A DNA stretch of 64,000 nt, from positions 7,936,001 to 8,000,000 of the forward strand of contig OX597816.1 of NCBI GenBank assembly GCA_951406725.2, read 5' to 3'. The translations under genes and the position numbers were made by a program. This document shows, piece after piece, positions 24,370 to 37,757 of this stretch. This DNA comes from Octopus vulgaris. Lineage: Eukaryota. Positions within the stretch are counted from its first letter, which is position 1. Each line of letters starts with the position of its first letter. Under the pieces are notes generated by a model, which searched no databases, was not told the DNA's origin, and worked only from the letters and a program-made list of their open reading frames with translations.

Positions 24370-24570
24370 TTCATCATCATCATCATCATCTTCTTCTTCA
24401 TCTTCATCATCATCATCATCAACAACAATTATCATCATCATCATCATCAACAATTATCATCTTCATCATCATCATCATCAACAATTATCATCATCTTCAT
24501 CATCAATTATTATCATCATCATCATCAATTATTATCATCATCAATTATTATTATTATTATTATTATTATT
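24370..24570. repeat. (CAT)n/(ATT)n compound microsatellite
   Basis: Directly visible; forms the tail of a minus-strand RTE fragment. Confidence 0.9.
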
Positions 24571-26020
24571 TAACATCAATTATTCATGCTGGCTTGGGTT
24601 GGACAGTTTGATAGGATCTGATGAGCTGAAGGACTGCATCGTGCTCCAATATTTGCTTTGGCACGGTTTCTATGGCTGGAGTCCCCTCCTGTGCTCTCTT
24701 CGTGTCGCTGGCACTACTGAGGCCACCATGTGGCTCGCAAGTCAATAAACCCAGGGGAGGAAGATGGGGGTGGGTGGGTGGATAAAGTATGAAGGAAGTG
24801 GTTGTAGTAGAGCAGGTTTTTGTTCTAGAGGGTCTACATGGCTACTCACATTTAGGAGAAAAAGTGAGAATGAATTGGTGGTGTCTCCTAAGAGACACAG
24901 TAGGGATAAGGCATCCGGGTGGCACCTCAGGTAGGAGTAACAGCAGTGGGTGGGTGGTGGTGGGGGTTCAAGAGAGTATAAAGGAAGACATAAGGGAAAT
25001 GGGGGAGGGAGGTAGGCAACATCTTTAAAGATTGGAGAAGAGTTGAGGGGAGGGTGTGTGCACTAGTTGGGGAGTTTTCAGGGATGCTGGCAGTAATGAT
25101 GCTGTTGGACAACAGCATCTCAAATCTGACATCTTTGGTCTCAGTTACATTGTCGTCTCCTGCTGGTGTAATGTAAAAGTTACCCAATACTCTCTGCAAA
25201 GTGGTTGGCATTAGGAAGGGTATCCAGTCGTAGAAACCATGTCAAAACAGATGACTGGAACCTGGTGCAGCCCTCCAGCCTTGCCAGTTCCTCCCATCAG
25301 TGTTGTCTGTAAAATGGATTGAATTTTTTCATGAACAGACATGATGTATAATTCTCTGTTGCAGAATTGTTAAAAAATGCAAATTTTTTTCAAGAATTGG
25401 AAGCTTTGTATAATAAAAATTGTCACACTTTGCATTACCATAAATATACAATAACATTGTAGGGAAGGTGTGAGAGACCAGATCTGACCAGTTTGGACAT
25501 AAAACGGGTAGAATATTTGGCTCTGATATGGCTGGTCTAACTGCAAAATGGTTAAGTGTTCAGAAATGGGAATAATGAATAAAATGTTATTAAACTGATG
25601 TTATCTATTTTTGTCCCGATGTACTAAATGTACATATATTTGCAGCTCCACCCTCATCTCTCTCTTACTAGCATTTTCATTATCTTACTTCTCCATCTCT
25701 CCTTTGCTTTCCAACTGGGGTATCCATGAATCTACTCTCCAGCAAGGCACCTATCTCTGTCCCTTCTATACTTTAGATAGCTCAACTGGCACAAAGCCAC
25801 ACCTGTTCAGTATTACTCTCCCCTCTCTCCATCTCCCAGCTGAGAGGCTTTTGTCTTGCAAGATACTTGGTGACCCTGCTGGTGCTGGTGCCATGGGAAA
25901 AGCACTGGTGCTGGTGTTGTGTAAATAGCAGCCGTTACACTCTGTAAAGTGGTTGGCATTAGGAAGAGCGTCCACTTGTAGAAATCATTCCAAAACAGAC
26001 AGTGGAACCTTGTGCAGATC

Positions 26021-26168
26021 CTTGCTTTGCCAGCTCCTTGCCTTGCCAGCTCCTTGCCTTGCCAGCTCCTTGCTTTGCCAGCTCCTTGCCTTGCCAGCTC
26101 CTTGCCTTGCCAGCTCCTTGCCTTGCCAGCTCCTTGCTTTGCCCAGCTCCTTGCCTTGCCAGCTCCTG
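26021..26168. repeat. 16-bp minisatellite (cttgccagctccttgc) x about 9
   Basis: Amplified from the gccttgccagctcc motif of an RTE tail. Confidence 0.9.
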
Positions 26169-26322
26169 TCAAACTTGGAAGTTAATAGTACAAGAGCTGT
26201 TAGGAAGTGATAATTTACTAAGTCGTCTGAATAAACCTTTTCATTTATGTTTTATGAACGATATTTCCTATCCAATAGAAACTGTTTCTTATTTCTTTTT
26301 ATACTATTTTCTTGAATTCTAG

Positions 26323-26385
26323 GACCAATACAAAGAAGGCTCTTTCAAAATCACCCGAATGAGATGCTGGAGAATCACGACAATA
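26323..26385 (+). CDS. SNX17: SNX17 coding exon: DQYKEGSFKITRMRCWRITTI
   Basis: ctag/gtaaga, 63 nt; EGSF..TRMRCWR is an SNX17 signature. Confidence 0.96.
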
Positions 26386-26501
26386 GTAAGATGATCTCTT
26401 CTATATCTTTAAATTAAAGTAGGACTTAATCACATCTATGTTTATTTAATTATTGCAGTAGCTTGTGTTGTTAGTTTGTGTTACTCTCTCTCTTTTTTTT
26501 A

Positions 26502-26688
26502 CTCTTTTACTTGTTTCAGTCATTTGACTGTGGCCATGCTGGAGCACCGCCTTTAGTCGAGCAAATCGACCCCGGGACTTATTCTTTGTAAGCCCAGTAC
26601 TTATTCTACCGGTCTCTTTTGCCGAACCGCTAAGTGACGGGGACATAAACACACCAGCATCGGTTGTCAAGCAATGCTAGGGGGACAA

Positions 26689-26749
<61 letters not shown>

Positions 26750-26914
26750 TACGACAAGCTTCTTTCAGTTTCCGTCTACCAAATCCACTCACAAGGCATT
26801 GGTCGGCCCGGGGCTATAGCAGAAGACACTTGCCCAAGATGCCACGCAGTGGGACTGAACCCGGAACCATGTGGTTGGTTAGCAAGCTACTTACCACACA
26901 GCCACTCCTGCGCC
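26502..26914 (-). mobile_element. SINE family A copy (young)
   Basis: Near-identical reverse complement of 55328-55717. Confidence 0.85.
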
Positions 26915-27236
26915 TGTTGTAGACAATTTGAAACCAACAAACTGACATGATGCATTGTAGATTTCATCGCTTGTTCCTGGGGAATGGTTCTGATTTCTGT
27001 TGGGTTATATTCTCAGACCATCATCATAGCATCCATTGTTTGTCAGCATGGCAAATAGGCCTAAAAAGGAATTGGTATGATTTAACTTTGTCATTGTTTG
27101 TTGGGTTGTGTATTCTGCTAAGAAAGGCTTGATTTATTAAGTCGAAACAGAGCTGTGAGACAGGTCGGTGGGTGGCAAGCAATGGTGGCGAAATGTATTC
27201 CAATGTTCCATCATATTGGTTCTGTTTCTATTTTAG

Positions 27237-27350
27237 TATGCTGACAGAGATAATTGTAGTAAAAAGGACCTGAAGCCACAATTGGAAATATCGTTTGAGT
27301 ATCAGCTATCCAGAGATAAGCTTCAATGGATTAACATCAAAAGTGATCAG
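27237..27350 (+). CDS. SNX17: SNX17 coding exon: YADRDNCSKKDLKPQLEISFEYQLSRDKLQWINIKSDQ
   Basis: ttag/gtaaca, 114 nt; LE.SFEY..S.D.LQW..I.S.Q motif. Confidence 0.95.
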
Positions 27351-27846
27351 GTAACACACTTGATTTAATATTTCATTAAGTTTTTTTTTGTTTTGTTTTG
27401 TGAAGGCATATGGCTTAGTATTTAGGAAGCAATATTATTAGTTTTTACTATTTTAGAGTTAATTTTCAGTTTTATTGTCAAATCTTCCTTCAATGTTAAC
27501 TTCATTATTTTTACCAAATTCTTTAGAATTCAAACTGAGCCTACTTTTCTTATTCCCAAATACCAAAACTCTACAATCCTCAGTTTCAATCCTGACTCCA
27601 TTCAATTTCTTTAGCCTTTTTGTGTATATCCTTATACCCTAACCGATTATCAGAAGTGAGTAGGGTTTTGTGGTTACAGGTGTCGCACTCATGATTGTAG
27701 GATTGTAGTTTCAATTCCTGGACCAGAGTGACGCATTGTGTTCTTGAGCAAAACACTTCATTTCACATTGCTCCAGTCCACTCAGCTGGCAAAAATGAGT
27801 AATCCTGCAATGGATCAGCATCCAAGAAGGTATATATACACCAGAG

Positions 27847-28065
27847 CAGTGGCTTTCAAACATTTTGCTGGAGCGAAACCCCAAGGAAACATTCCACTGG
27901 CTCGGGGAACCCCTGTGCAATAATTTAATAGTCTTATGCACACATATCTGCACAGGAGAATTAATAATTACTGCCGATTTTAGCAGTTTTGTAACTTCTT
28001 GCGGAACCCCTGGACTGTACTGGCGGAACCCTAAGGTTCTGCGGAACCCTGGTTGAAAACCACTG
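27847..28065. mobile_element. hAT-type MITE inserted in a SINE
   Basis: TIRs cagtggctttcaaac / ggttgaaaaccactg; 8-bp TSD caccagag at 27839-27846 and 28066-28073. Confidence 0.85.
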
Positions 28066-28205
28066 CACCAGAGAAACCAAAAAACCAGCCTTACGTTTCT
28101 CAGGGAATAATGTGGACTAACTACAGCCATAAACTATTTCCGTTGAACTTTCGCTATTTGGTTCTTATTGATGCATGCCTTTTTCTTTCCTTTTTTTGTT
28201 TCTAG

Positions 28206-28283
28206 GCAATCCTAATTAGCATGTGTTTGGAAGGAATGGTGGATGAATTAGTAAGAAAGAAAAAAGGGAAAAAAATTAAAAAA
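28206..28283 (+). CDS. SNX17: SNX17 coding exon: AILISMCLEGMVDELVRKKKGKKIKK
   Basis: ctag/gtaagt, 78 nt; resembles AIMMSICLQSMVDELMVKK. Confidence 0.95.
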
Positions 28284-28658
28284 GTAAGTTCAACCTTGTT
28301 TTCTATTGGTAAATTTACAACTAGATATGGTCTGTGTCAGTAGACCATCCCTTCCAACTCCGACTTTTTGCCTTTAATTAATAACACATCTTGACTAAGG
28401 GATAGAGGAGAGGAATTTTCAAATTTGTATTCATCCATAGAATGCCTTTATTCTTCATTGTTTCTAGCAAGTTATCCATTATTTTTTTTCAGGATGGGTA
28501 TTATTTGTAGATTTATCAAAAGCTGCACAAAAATCCCATGTGGGCTACATGGGCTTTGCACAATGCATGTTGTGTGTCGTTGTTTTAATATAGAATATAA
28601 TGCTGCATATTATTCAAGTTTTAAGATGTAATATCTTTTGTTGTTCCCCCGCTTCTAG

Positions 28659-28757
28659 CCTCAAGACCGAATGCATTATACAAGGGGAGATTACTTGAAC
28701 AGAGACACTACGTCACCAATTATTTCCAACCAAAATATGAGTCGAACCTTCAGTGAG
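28659..28757 (+). CDS. SNX17: SNX17 coding exon (disordered tail): PQDRMHYTRGDYLNRDTTSPIISNQNMSRTFSE
   Basis: ctag/gtgagt, 99 nt, phase 0, open frame. Confidence 0.8.
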
Positions 28758-30601
28758 GTGAGTGGTTTGAGTGGTTTGATTTTCTGTCTGTCTTTCCCAA
28801 AGTATAAAGATGAAGAAATCTGGGAACTCTCTAAAAGTTTTGATAAAGTGATAAAGGATTTTAAGTTTGTATGACAAATTAACTTTGTATTAAATGAGAG
28901 ATCATTAGGCATCTCTTTATCCTCATTTGCAGTGATGTTCGTTTACTTAATCTTCAGTTAATTATTTACAACACAAGTGGTATTAATATCAGAAGGTAGT
29001 CTTTGTATCCAACTTAATATGGATGCCTTGTTAGAATACCGAATACTGCGTTTTTAGCCTTGAGAGATCCTGTAGGCACTTGATGCATAAAAGCACACAT
29101 ATAGATCGAAGCCAATTGAAATTCGTCTGCCATGGGTGTCAGGATGTCCAAATCACTGGATTTCGTTCTATTGGAACTCAACAATGTAGAAGACTGGTCG
29201 CTGCATGACAGTAAAACCTCATTGCTATGATATATAGAATTTCAACAGAATTGATTCCAGACCAATGTCGCCATCGTTACCAACGTCGCCTTACTGGCAC
29301 CTATGCTGTTGGCATGTGTAAAAAGATTCGAGCGAGGTCATTGCCAGTTACGCCTGACTGGCCCTGTGCCGGTGGCACATAAAAAGCACCCACTACACTC
29401 TCAGAGTGGATGGCATTAGGAAGAGCATCCAGCTGTAGAAACTCTGCCAGATCAAGATTGGAGCCTGGTGCAGCCATCTGGTTTGCCAGTCCTCAGTCAA
29501 AATCATCCAACCCATGCTAGCATGGAAAGCGGGGACGATGATGATGTGTGGTTTTACTCTACAAATAACACAGGATATATATCAAAGAGAAGTGCTGCTT
29601 AGTTATTCGCAAATTTATATTAAATTTCTCACTGAAATTAGTATCAGGATTTAGTTTAGTCGGATGCTGGTGTAGGAAAAAAAGTCAATTCGAATAGGGG
29701 CTATCTTAATTGACTTGATTCCAAAATATTAGTAAAGCTTATTTTCTCAATCCTGGAAAGTGAAAGGTATGGTTGACCCTGCTGGGATTTGAACTCAGAA
29801 CATAGACAAAATATTTCCAAACACTTACTCCGACACTTTACAATTTCTCTCAATTTACTGATCATATTCTTGTTGTCAGTATTGTCTCTCGTTAACATCC
29901 AAAGTGTTATGCTTAGGGAAGTTTAAAATGAACAACCCTGAAATAAAATATAAGGTTTAGAAGCAAGGATTTTTTTTGATTTAAGATAAATGAAGTCGTT
30001 AGCTTTGAAGCTATGTTCAAGTATTTTCTGATTTAATCCCCATATTGCAAAATGAAAATATCGATAATATTGTTAGCTCAGAGATAAGATTTCTGTTGGT
30101 TAAACATGAGACACATGACAAACTTCTTTCAGTTTCTGTCTACCAAATCCCCTCACAAGGCTTTAGTTGGTCCAAGACATTTGCCCAAGGTGCCATGCCG
30201 TAAGACTGAACCTGGAACCATGTGGTTGGGAAGCAGGCATTTTACCACACAGCCACTCCTGTGCCTACACACACGAGGAGAGAGAGATAGAGAGAGAGAT
30301 TGTCCTCAACGTGTTTGGTACTGGAAGTGAAGGGTGTTGGAGCCTTTTTTTTTTTCCAGCTTTCACAGTGTTAACCAAGAGACATTGTCTTGCCTGTGGT
30401 GGAACATATTTTGTCTCTCTGGGAAGAATTGCACTCAGGGATCACTCCACTGAAACCTCCTTCATCTTAATCCAGTGTCAGCATATATTGCCACAGTGCC
30501 AGAGTGATAGAGTATGGGATGACCAAATTTAGAAAATATCTTAGATTAACTTCTCTACAGATTAATGACAGACTCACTTTTATGATTACAGTAAAATTTT
30601 T

Positions 30602-31394
30602 GGAGATGTACTTGCATAGCAAGTGACTTGATCTGAGATCGTGTGTGGGAATGAAAACAATTGCAGCATGGATGGTGTTTATAAGCCATTTAAGAAACAC
30701 ACAAAACCGTTAGATTCACTTCAACATTTAAATTTAATCTAAATTTAATTTGTCAAAATATTTTCATCACTAACTCTAAAAGGACTTGAAAATTTCAAGC
30801 CTTTAGTAGAAAGGATTATTGTTATCATTATTATTATTATTAATCTTTATATATAAAAGTAAGGTTGTGTGTCTGTCTCCTACGATTTAGATTCCTAACT
30901 ACTCCCACATTTTGCGGTGCAGTTTAACCAAAACCGGGTATCTTATAGTCGTGATTCATATCAAGCCCTTCTGGGTATTAGCGCACATCTACAATGAGTC
31001 TACGATTTTAAAAAAATTTACCATCAATTTTTCCCATTTTTAATGCATTTTTGGCATATATAAGGGAAGTAACTCTCTAAAAATTTATTATTAAATCTCA
31101 GAACCCCTTTGTGGTTAGCCATATTGAGATGGCTATTATACTTTACATCTCTAAAAATGCTTATATAGTTATTTCCCTTACAAACCTGAGCAACGCCAGG
31201 CAATACTGCTAGTAATATATAAAGGATTGAGGTAACTCCTCCTGAAGATTTAGAGTCAAAATTAAAAGATGTCGCGGTCTCAAAGCAATGAAAATATTTT
31301 GACAAATTTAGATTAAATTTAAATGTTGAAGTGAATCTAACGGTTTTTGTGTGTTTCTTAAATGGCTTATAAACACCTTCCACGCTGCAATTAT
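30602..31394. mobile_element. Penelope-like family 2 element (inverted arms) with nested insertions
   Basis: Arms at about 30602-30768 and 31270-31394 match 7861-8110. TSD taaaattttt at 30592-30601 and 31395-31404. Confidence 0.65.
30844..31212 (+). mobile_element. Non-autonomous Helitron
   Basis: 5' TC(T)TATATATAAA start, subterminal hairpin cctgagcaacgccagg, 3' CTAG, inserted between A and T. Confidence 0.75.
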
Positions 31395-31489
31395 TAAAAT
31401 TTTTATCTTAATGAAATCACTGTAGAAATAATCGTTAACTTTATGTAAATAACAAGACTGTTTTGTTTGTTTTTTTTCTTTCCCTGCAG

Positions 31490-31525
31490 CCAGCTGGATT
31501 ATATTTATACTCTGAACTTTTGGAA
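31490..31525 (+). CDS. SNX17: Candidate SNX17 cassette microexon: PAGLYLYSELLE
   Basis: Long T-rich tract and ctgcag acceptor, gtatgt donor, 36 nt, phase 0 and stop-free. Confidence 0.45.
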
Positions 31526-32200
31526 GTATGTGCGATCCTCATTGTGTTAGCATGTGATCTTTTCCTTTCTCTCTCCTCAGCCGTTTTTTGTTGTTTTTTA
31601 TAGCTGCCTTTTGATATTTTTATTTTCTGCATGGACAAGCGGTATTTTAACTTTTTCTTTCTGTAGAAGAAAACTTTTTTTTTAAAATTTTAATTTTGGT
31701 TTAGAATGTGAAGAAATAAAATGGCTTTAAAATAAATTTAAATGTTTTTATTTCAGAAAAGGTTTTTAATTCAGTCAGTTTTTTTTTGTGTTGAAGCAAG
31801 TGGCATTTTAATCTAGGAATCTTATATTTTGCTTTCATTATTTGGTTTACATTATTTTTTTTATTTATTTATCACCTGCCTTACTTGTTTTGCAGTCTAA
31901 TAACAGCATGGATTTACAAATATCTTCAATATTTTATTTATTATGCCAGTTTAGCACAGTGTTATAAATAGCATTTTTGTTGTTATTTTATGTAGTAGTA
32001 GTAGTAATGAAGTGGTCATAGAGTCTATGTGCTGAGTCTTAAACTTAATGCTAGCCAGTATTTTATGCCCTTCCACTGTTGTTATGCTTGCCTTAATCTG
32101 CTTGACTCAATAAGTTTTTCTTTATTCAAAGAAGACCAATTAATGTTAAGGGCAGCTAACTCTAAAAGGACTTGTGAATTTCAAGCCTTTAGTAGAAAGG

Positions 32201-32238
<38 letters not shown>

Positions 32239-32432
32239 CATTCTATGTTTGACTTTTGCTTTACATTTGCACAAGCTGGCTCCAAGTCTCACCCATAGAC
32301 CTCAAGAGACAACAAGTTGGAAGTTCATGTTGGTGTTATGCCTAGGGTGCCATGTACTTAGTGTTGTACTAGTGAATGTCTAAAAAAAAAACATACGAAA
32401 ATTGTTTGTTTTAAAACTTGAGATTACATAGA

Positions 32433-32465
<33 letters not shown>

Positions 32466-32468
<3 letters not shown>

Positions 32469-32855
32469 GGTGGTGAGCTAGCAGAATTGTTAGCATACCT
32501 GGTGAAATGCTTGGCGGTATTTCTCCTGTTGCTACATTCTGAGTTCAAGTTCGGCTAGGGTTGATTTTGCCTTGATAAATTAAGTACCGGTTGAGTACTG
32601 AGATTGATCTCATCAACTTAACCCCTCGCCCCCAAATTTCAGGCCTTGTGCCTTGAGTAGAAAGGATTATTATTATTAAGGTGGTGAGCTGGTAGAATCA
32701 ATAGCATGCTGGGTGAAATGCTTAGTGGTATTTCGTCTGCCGCTACGTTCTGAGTTCAAATTCTGCCGGGGTCGACTTTGCCTTTCATCCTTTCGGGATC
32801 GATTAAACAAGTACCAGTTATGCAAATTTGAGGCCTTGTGCTTCCAGTAGAAAGA
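32466..32855 (+). mobile_element. Two tandem SINE family B-type copies in (ATT)n
   Basis: aaggtggtgagctggcagaat heads and Meta-like domain, with ...gtagaaaggattattatt tails. Confidence 0.75.
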
Positions 32856-32890
<35 letters not shown>

Positions 32891-34348
32891 ACAGCCAGTA
32901 TTATTCCATGTTTGTTTTCACAAATGCTAAACTCAGCAGCATTTTACTTCACCTAACATGAAACTATTGTTACTGAAATCTCATATCCTGAAAGCAGAAC
33001 GAATAGAACTTTAGTTTATATCATCATCATCATCATTTAGCGTCCGCTTTCCATGCTGGCATGGGTTGGACGGTGCAACTGGGGTCTGGGAAGCCAGAAG
33101 GCTGCACCAGACCAAGTCTGATCTGGCAATGTTTCTACGGCTGGATGCCCTTCCTAACGCCAACCACTCCATGAGTGTAGTGGGTGCTTTTTATGTGCCA
33201 CTGGCACGGGGGCCAGGCGAGGCTGGCAACGGCCATGAACGGATGGTGCTTTTTACGTGCCACCGGCACGAGGCCAGTCGGGATGGTGCTTTTTATGTGT
33301 CACCGGCATGAGGCCAGTCGGGGCCAGTAAAGTTGAAAATTTTCATAAAATCTAAGAATAAAACGATGAAAGTCCTTCTGTCATCAGGTCCGTGTGGGTG
33401 ACTGCTGTAAGTAGACTTTAGCAGGTGAGATCTTGGGAGCCCAACATCTCTTGGGAAAACAAAAACTGAACCCTTCACTGTAAAACCAACAGAACTCTTG
33501 TCAAGACTGAAATGACCATTTTTGGTATCAATTAGACTGTTATTGTGTGGTGCTTAATTACAGCTAAGTAGACTCAGCCAGTGATTTGTTTTCTAATATC
33601 CTATCAGCTCAGTGGACACAATGTCCTAATCCAATTTTTGATTGTTCATTTTAGACATTTCATATTGTCAAGTAGTTTCACCTGCCGCACTTATCCTTGC
33701 TGCTGCAGATTAAGAGCAGGCCTTGTAGCCCGCATGTGAACCTGCCAGGGATGATTTCTGTACAAGATCAGTTAATATCGATCTATGACAGACAGCCGAA
33801 GGAGGAAGAAGATTTCAGTTAGAACCCATTTATACCCTTTCCTTACTACAAAACTACCATCTCCCTGTCTTAAATCCTTTCGCTTGTCGTTTAATGTCTG
33901 CCTTCCAAGCTACCATGGGTGGGATGGTTTGACAAGAACCAGCCTGGCAGAAGCCTACACCAGTCTTCTGTGACTGTTTTGGTAGAGTGAATTTGCTCAG
34001 TAGAGTGGATTTAGTGCTTTTTACATGGCACGAGCACAAGCGAGGTCAGTTTTGGCATGGTTTTTACAGCTGGACACCCTTTCAAATGCCAACCACTTAA
34101 CAGTGTGGACCAAAACACAAGAGGGACCTGTCCCTCCATGTCACTTCCCAGCATCTGTCTTTCTAGTCTCTTGTTGCTGTAGAGGAGATAGTCTGGTCAG
34201 GTCATGCTGCAAACTGACTCACTGTACTTACACCTATTTGTGTACAGGAGAGAAATTTTCTCCATGACAAAATACAGTGAATAGCCTTTTTTTTTACAGG
34301 TTTGAATATGTCTCAAACAGATTTGAACTGGTAACAAGTTTATATTAT

Positions 34349-34749
34349 GTGAGGTGCATAGATCATCATCATCATCATCATCGCTTAATGTCCGCTTTCC
34401 ATGCTAGCATGGAGGACTGGTGAACCAGATGGCTGCATGGGATTGGAGCCTGGTGCAGACGTTTAATGTCTGCTTTCCATGCTAGCATGGGTTGGACGAT
34501 TTGACTGAGGACTGGTGAACCAGATGGCTGCATCAGATTGGAGCCCGGTGCAGACGTTTAATGTCCGCTTTCCATGCTAGCATGGGTTGGACGATTTGAC
34601 TGAGGACTGGCGAACCAGATGGCTGCATCAGATTGAAGCCTGGTGCAGCCATCTGGTTTGCCAGTCCTCAGTCAAATCGTCCAACCCATGCTAGCATGGA
34701 AAGCGGATGTTAAACGATGATGATGATGATGATGATCTATACACCTCAC
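34349..34749. repeat. Fold-back inverted repeat built from RTE tails
   Basis: Three minus-strand tail pieces followed by a plus-strand tail. The inversion includes flanking gtgaggtg(c/t)atagat. Confidence 0.85.
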
Positions 34750-36385
34750 TGCTTAGCGCTGTCACTCCATATCAAAAGCAATGATCTCTTTTTCCATGCT
34801 ACATCTCTTGAATGAATAAATATACATACCTTCAGTCGTGTCCCTCCCTATTCTACACACTGTATGATCAAATATTCAACTTTACTTCAAACAAGTCTTG
34901 GTTTCTTGAGATTTTTCCGTTCTAATTGACCGCCGTTATTAACATTTTCTTAACATTAAACTCACCTGAACCCTGATAATACTTGGTTACCTGGTCAAAT
35001 TACTTGCGTTCATCCTCATTTACTCTCTTTTCTTCTGTAATCATGACATCTTCTTCTTAAGACCCCTCTTTTTTTGCCATTTAACATTCTTTTGCTTCTC
35101 GTCTGTCTTCCTTACCATCGACTTTTCTTTCGTAATGAGACAGAGAACCACTCCTATCAACAAAAGCAATAATACTCTAAGCTTTCTTTATTATCTCTGT
35201 ATTTTTAACCCATCAAAATGTTTCTCAGTTCATAATTATGAATATAATAGAAATTGCTCTGTTTTGCTGGAAGCTGGTACATATTGGCAGTGGAGAGTGC
35301 TTAAAGGGAGGGAATCACTTCTAAGTTTTTTTTCTCTTGTCTCTTGTTGAAAATTATTATTGAAGAGTGAAAAGTGAAGAGAGGGGACATTTTTCATATT
35401 CTGTTGTGTCTGGGGAGAATCATTTTCTTTTTGTGCCTTATAATTCAACACACTCACCGGTAAAATTTGTATTGCCTTGGGCCGACCAAAGCCTTGTAAG
35501 TGGATTTTGTAGATGGAAACTGAAAGAAGCCTTTCATGTGTGTGTGTGTCTATTTGCTCCCCCACCATCACTTGCCAACTCATGTTAGTGTGTTTACGTC
35601 CCCTTAACTTAGCAGTTCAGCAAAAGAGATGATAGAATAAGTACTAGGCTTACAAAGAATAAGTCTTGGGGTCAGTTTGTTTGATTAAAGGTGATGCTCC
35701 AGCATGGCCGCAGTCAAATGACTGAAACAAGTAAAAGAAAAGAATAAGAATTGTTTTTGAATTAATCCTGTATCACTTTGATGATGTGACTTTGTTTTTA
35801 GAATGACATTGGAGGGTAGGTTCAAGAGGCTGGACCTGGTCAATTTTATCATGAAACGTCTCAAATAATTGGGCCAGATAGAGCCAGTTTGAATGCTAAA
35901 TGGTTAAACATTAATTTTAATATTAAAAACTTCTTAAAGCCTAATAGTTTAACATTTCCCAGTCAGCTACCACAATATTTAATAGAATTAATCTAAAAGT
36001 AAGCCATAGCTGTATTTCTAAGCTGAATAGTTTTATTAGGCTAGAAACCAATGAAATGAAGTGAGGTCCACCACACATACAGAAACAGTCATATAATGCT
36101 AAAATAATCCTACACAAAGCAGAAGTTACCTTTTCTGAACCAAACTCTTAAGTTTTGTGCTACTTTCTTTAAATTTCCCAATTCTGTTAGAATCAGTTTT
36201 GATGAAATGGCAGTTAGGTCAGTGTAAAAGAATTGAATCAGAGAAATGTAAGTTTTTGCATGAATTTGGATGGAATTTGCTGATACAGTATAATAACAAT
36301 CATTGGTGTATATTGTGAATGTGGTTTTTACATTTGTTGTTGATTTTTTTTTTACCTGTTGTCTTTATCACTTTCACCTGCCCAG

Positions 36386-36400
36386 GTAGGTTGAACACAG
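36386..36400 (+). other. Candidate 15-nt stop-containing microexon or recursive splice site in SNX17 intron
   Basis: Pyrimidine tract, then cctgcccag|GTAGGTTGAACACAG|gtaagt. Confidence 0.35.
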
Positions 36401-36889
36401 GTAAGTTTATTACATATAGATGTTTTCACTTATATTTACAAGATATTTATTCCTGAGCATTGGTTTCCTATATCCTGGGTGAACTTGTGCCTCAGGTGTC
36501 TCCTTCAATCTGAAGTTGCACATCTCCCATTAGAATAAGAATTCCAAGACATATCTTCATTTCTTCCATTCAAAGACTTTGTAAGGCTCAACAAATTAAA
36601 AATATTTCCACCTGTTGTGGTGGGCACATGGCTTAGTGGCTAGGTAGCTGGACTCATGATTGTAAGATTGTGGTTTTGATTCCTGGACTGGGTGATGCGT
36701 TGGGTTCTTGAGCAAAACACTTCATTTCACGTTGCTCCAGTCCACTCAGGTGGCAAAAAAAGGAATAATCCTGTGACGGACCAATATCCTGTCCAGGAGG
36801 AGGAATATAAGCACCAAGAAACCAGCTAACTGGTCCTATGCTCCTTATGGAGGGATGTGGACTTATCAGCCTCAAGTGTCTTGCCATCT

Positions 36890-37757
36890 GCCCAAGATTC
36901 CGAGTTCGATTCCAAGCAGTGACCTGGATAATAATAATAATAATAATAATAATAATAGCCATGTGTTGAGAGGGATTCTTTGGGGTTTGAATAATTCACC
37001 CTTGGAAACATGAGTGTTTCATTCAACATCCTTAACTCTTATTCAGGGACCTTTTTAATGGGATGGGCTACTTGACCAGAAGAAAATTCTAACTGGGCCC
37101 CACCTGCAAGGTCATGTGCTGTTTATCTTGATATGAGATCACCATGTCGCACACATATGGTTGTGATGCATGTGCCTGGTGTACCCTTATCAGACGGGTA
37201 GTCATGATGGGTATACTGGGTTTCGTATATTTTACCCCAGTGTCACTTTGATGGCATGCACTGCTCTCTCACACGCAATAATAATAATAATAATAATAAT
37301 AACATCTAAAAATAATCCGAATCGTGGCTGATGCCAGCGCTGCCTTGACTGGCTTCCGTGTCAGTGGCATGTAAAAAGCACCATCCGAATCGTGGTCGAA
37401 GCCAGTGCCGCCTCGACTGGCTTCCGTGCAGGTGGCACGTAAATTGCACCAATCCGGAGTGGTTGGCATTAGGAAGGGCATCCAGCTGTAGAAACATTGC
37501 CAGATAAGACCGGAGCCTGGTGCAGCCTTCTGGCTTCCCAGATCCCCGGTCGAACCGTCCAACCCATGCTAGCATGGAGAATGGACATTAAACGATGATG
37601 ATGATGATGATGATGAAAAATACCTTAGGAATGAGAACCCAACTTTGAAATTTCCCCAAGACACCTGATGAAGGCTGGAAGGTATATCAGCTGAAACGTG
37701 TTAACAACAAACAAGATGAGGGCAAATATCCATCAAATGTAAATAATGTAAATAACG
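36890..37757 (+). mobile_element. Family 1 tRNA-head + hammerhead element, interrupted by two later insertions
   Basis: 3' half of the tRNA-like head (cccaagattccgagttcgattccaagcagtgacct) and (AAT)n, then arm 37616-37757 with hammerhead core at 37660-37702. Inserts at about 36958-37300 and 37313-37615 (RTE tail). Confidence 0.6.

Noticed and set aside
24247-24611. Poly-His/Ile/Ser ORFs
   Set aside because: Translations of (CAT)n/(ATT)n microsatellites.
31896-31967. Acceptor-like ttttgcag followed by a short open frame to TAA
   Set aside because: No convincing donor or homology; cannot be supported as an exon.
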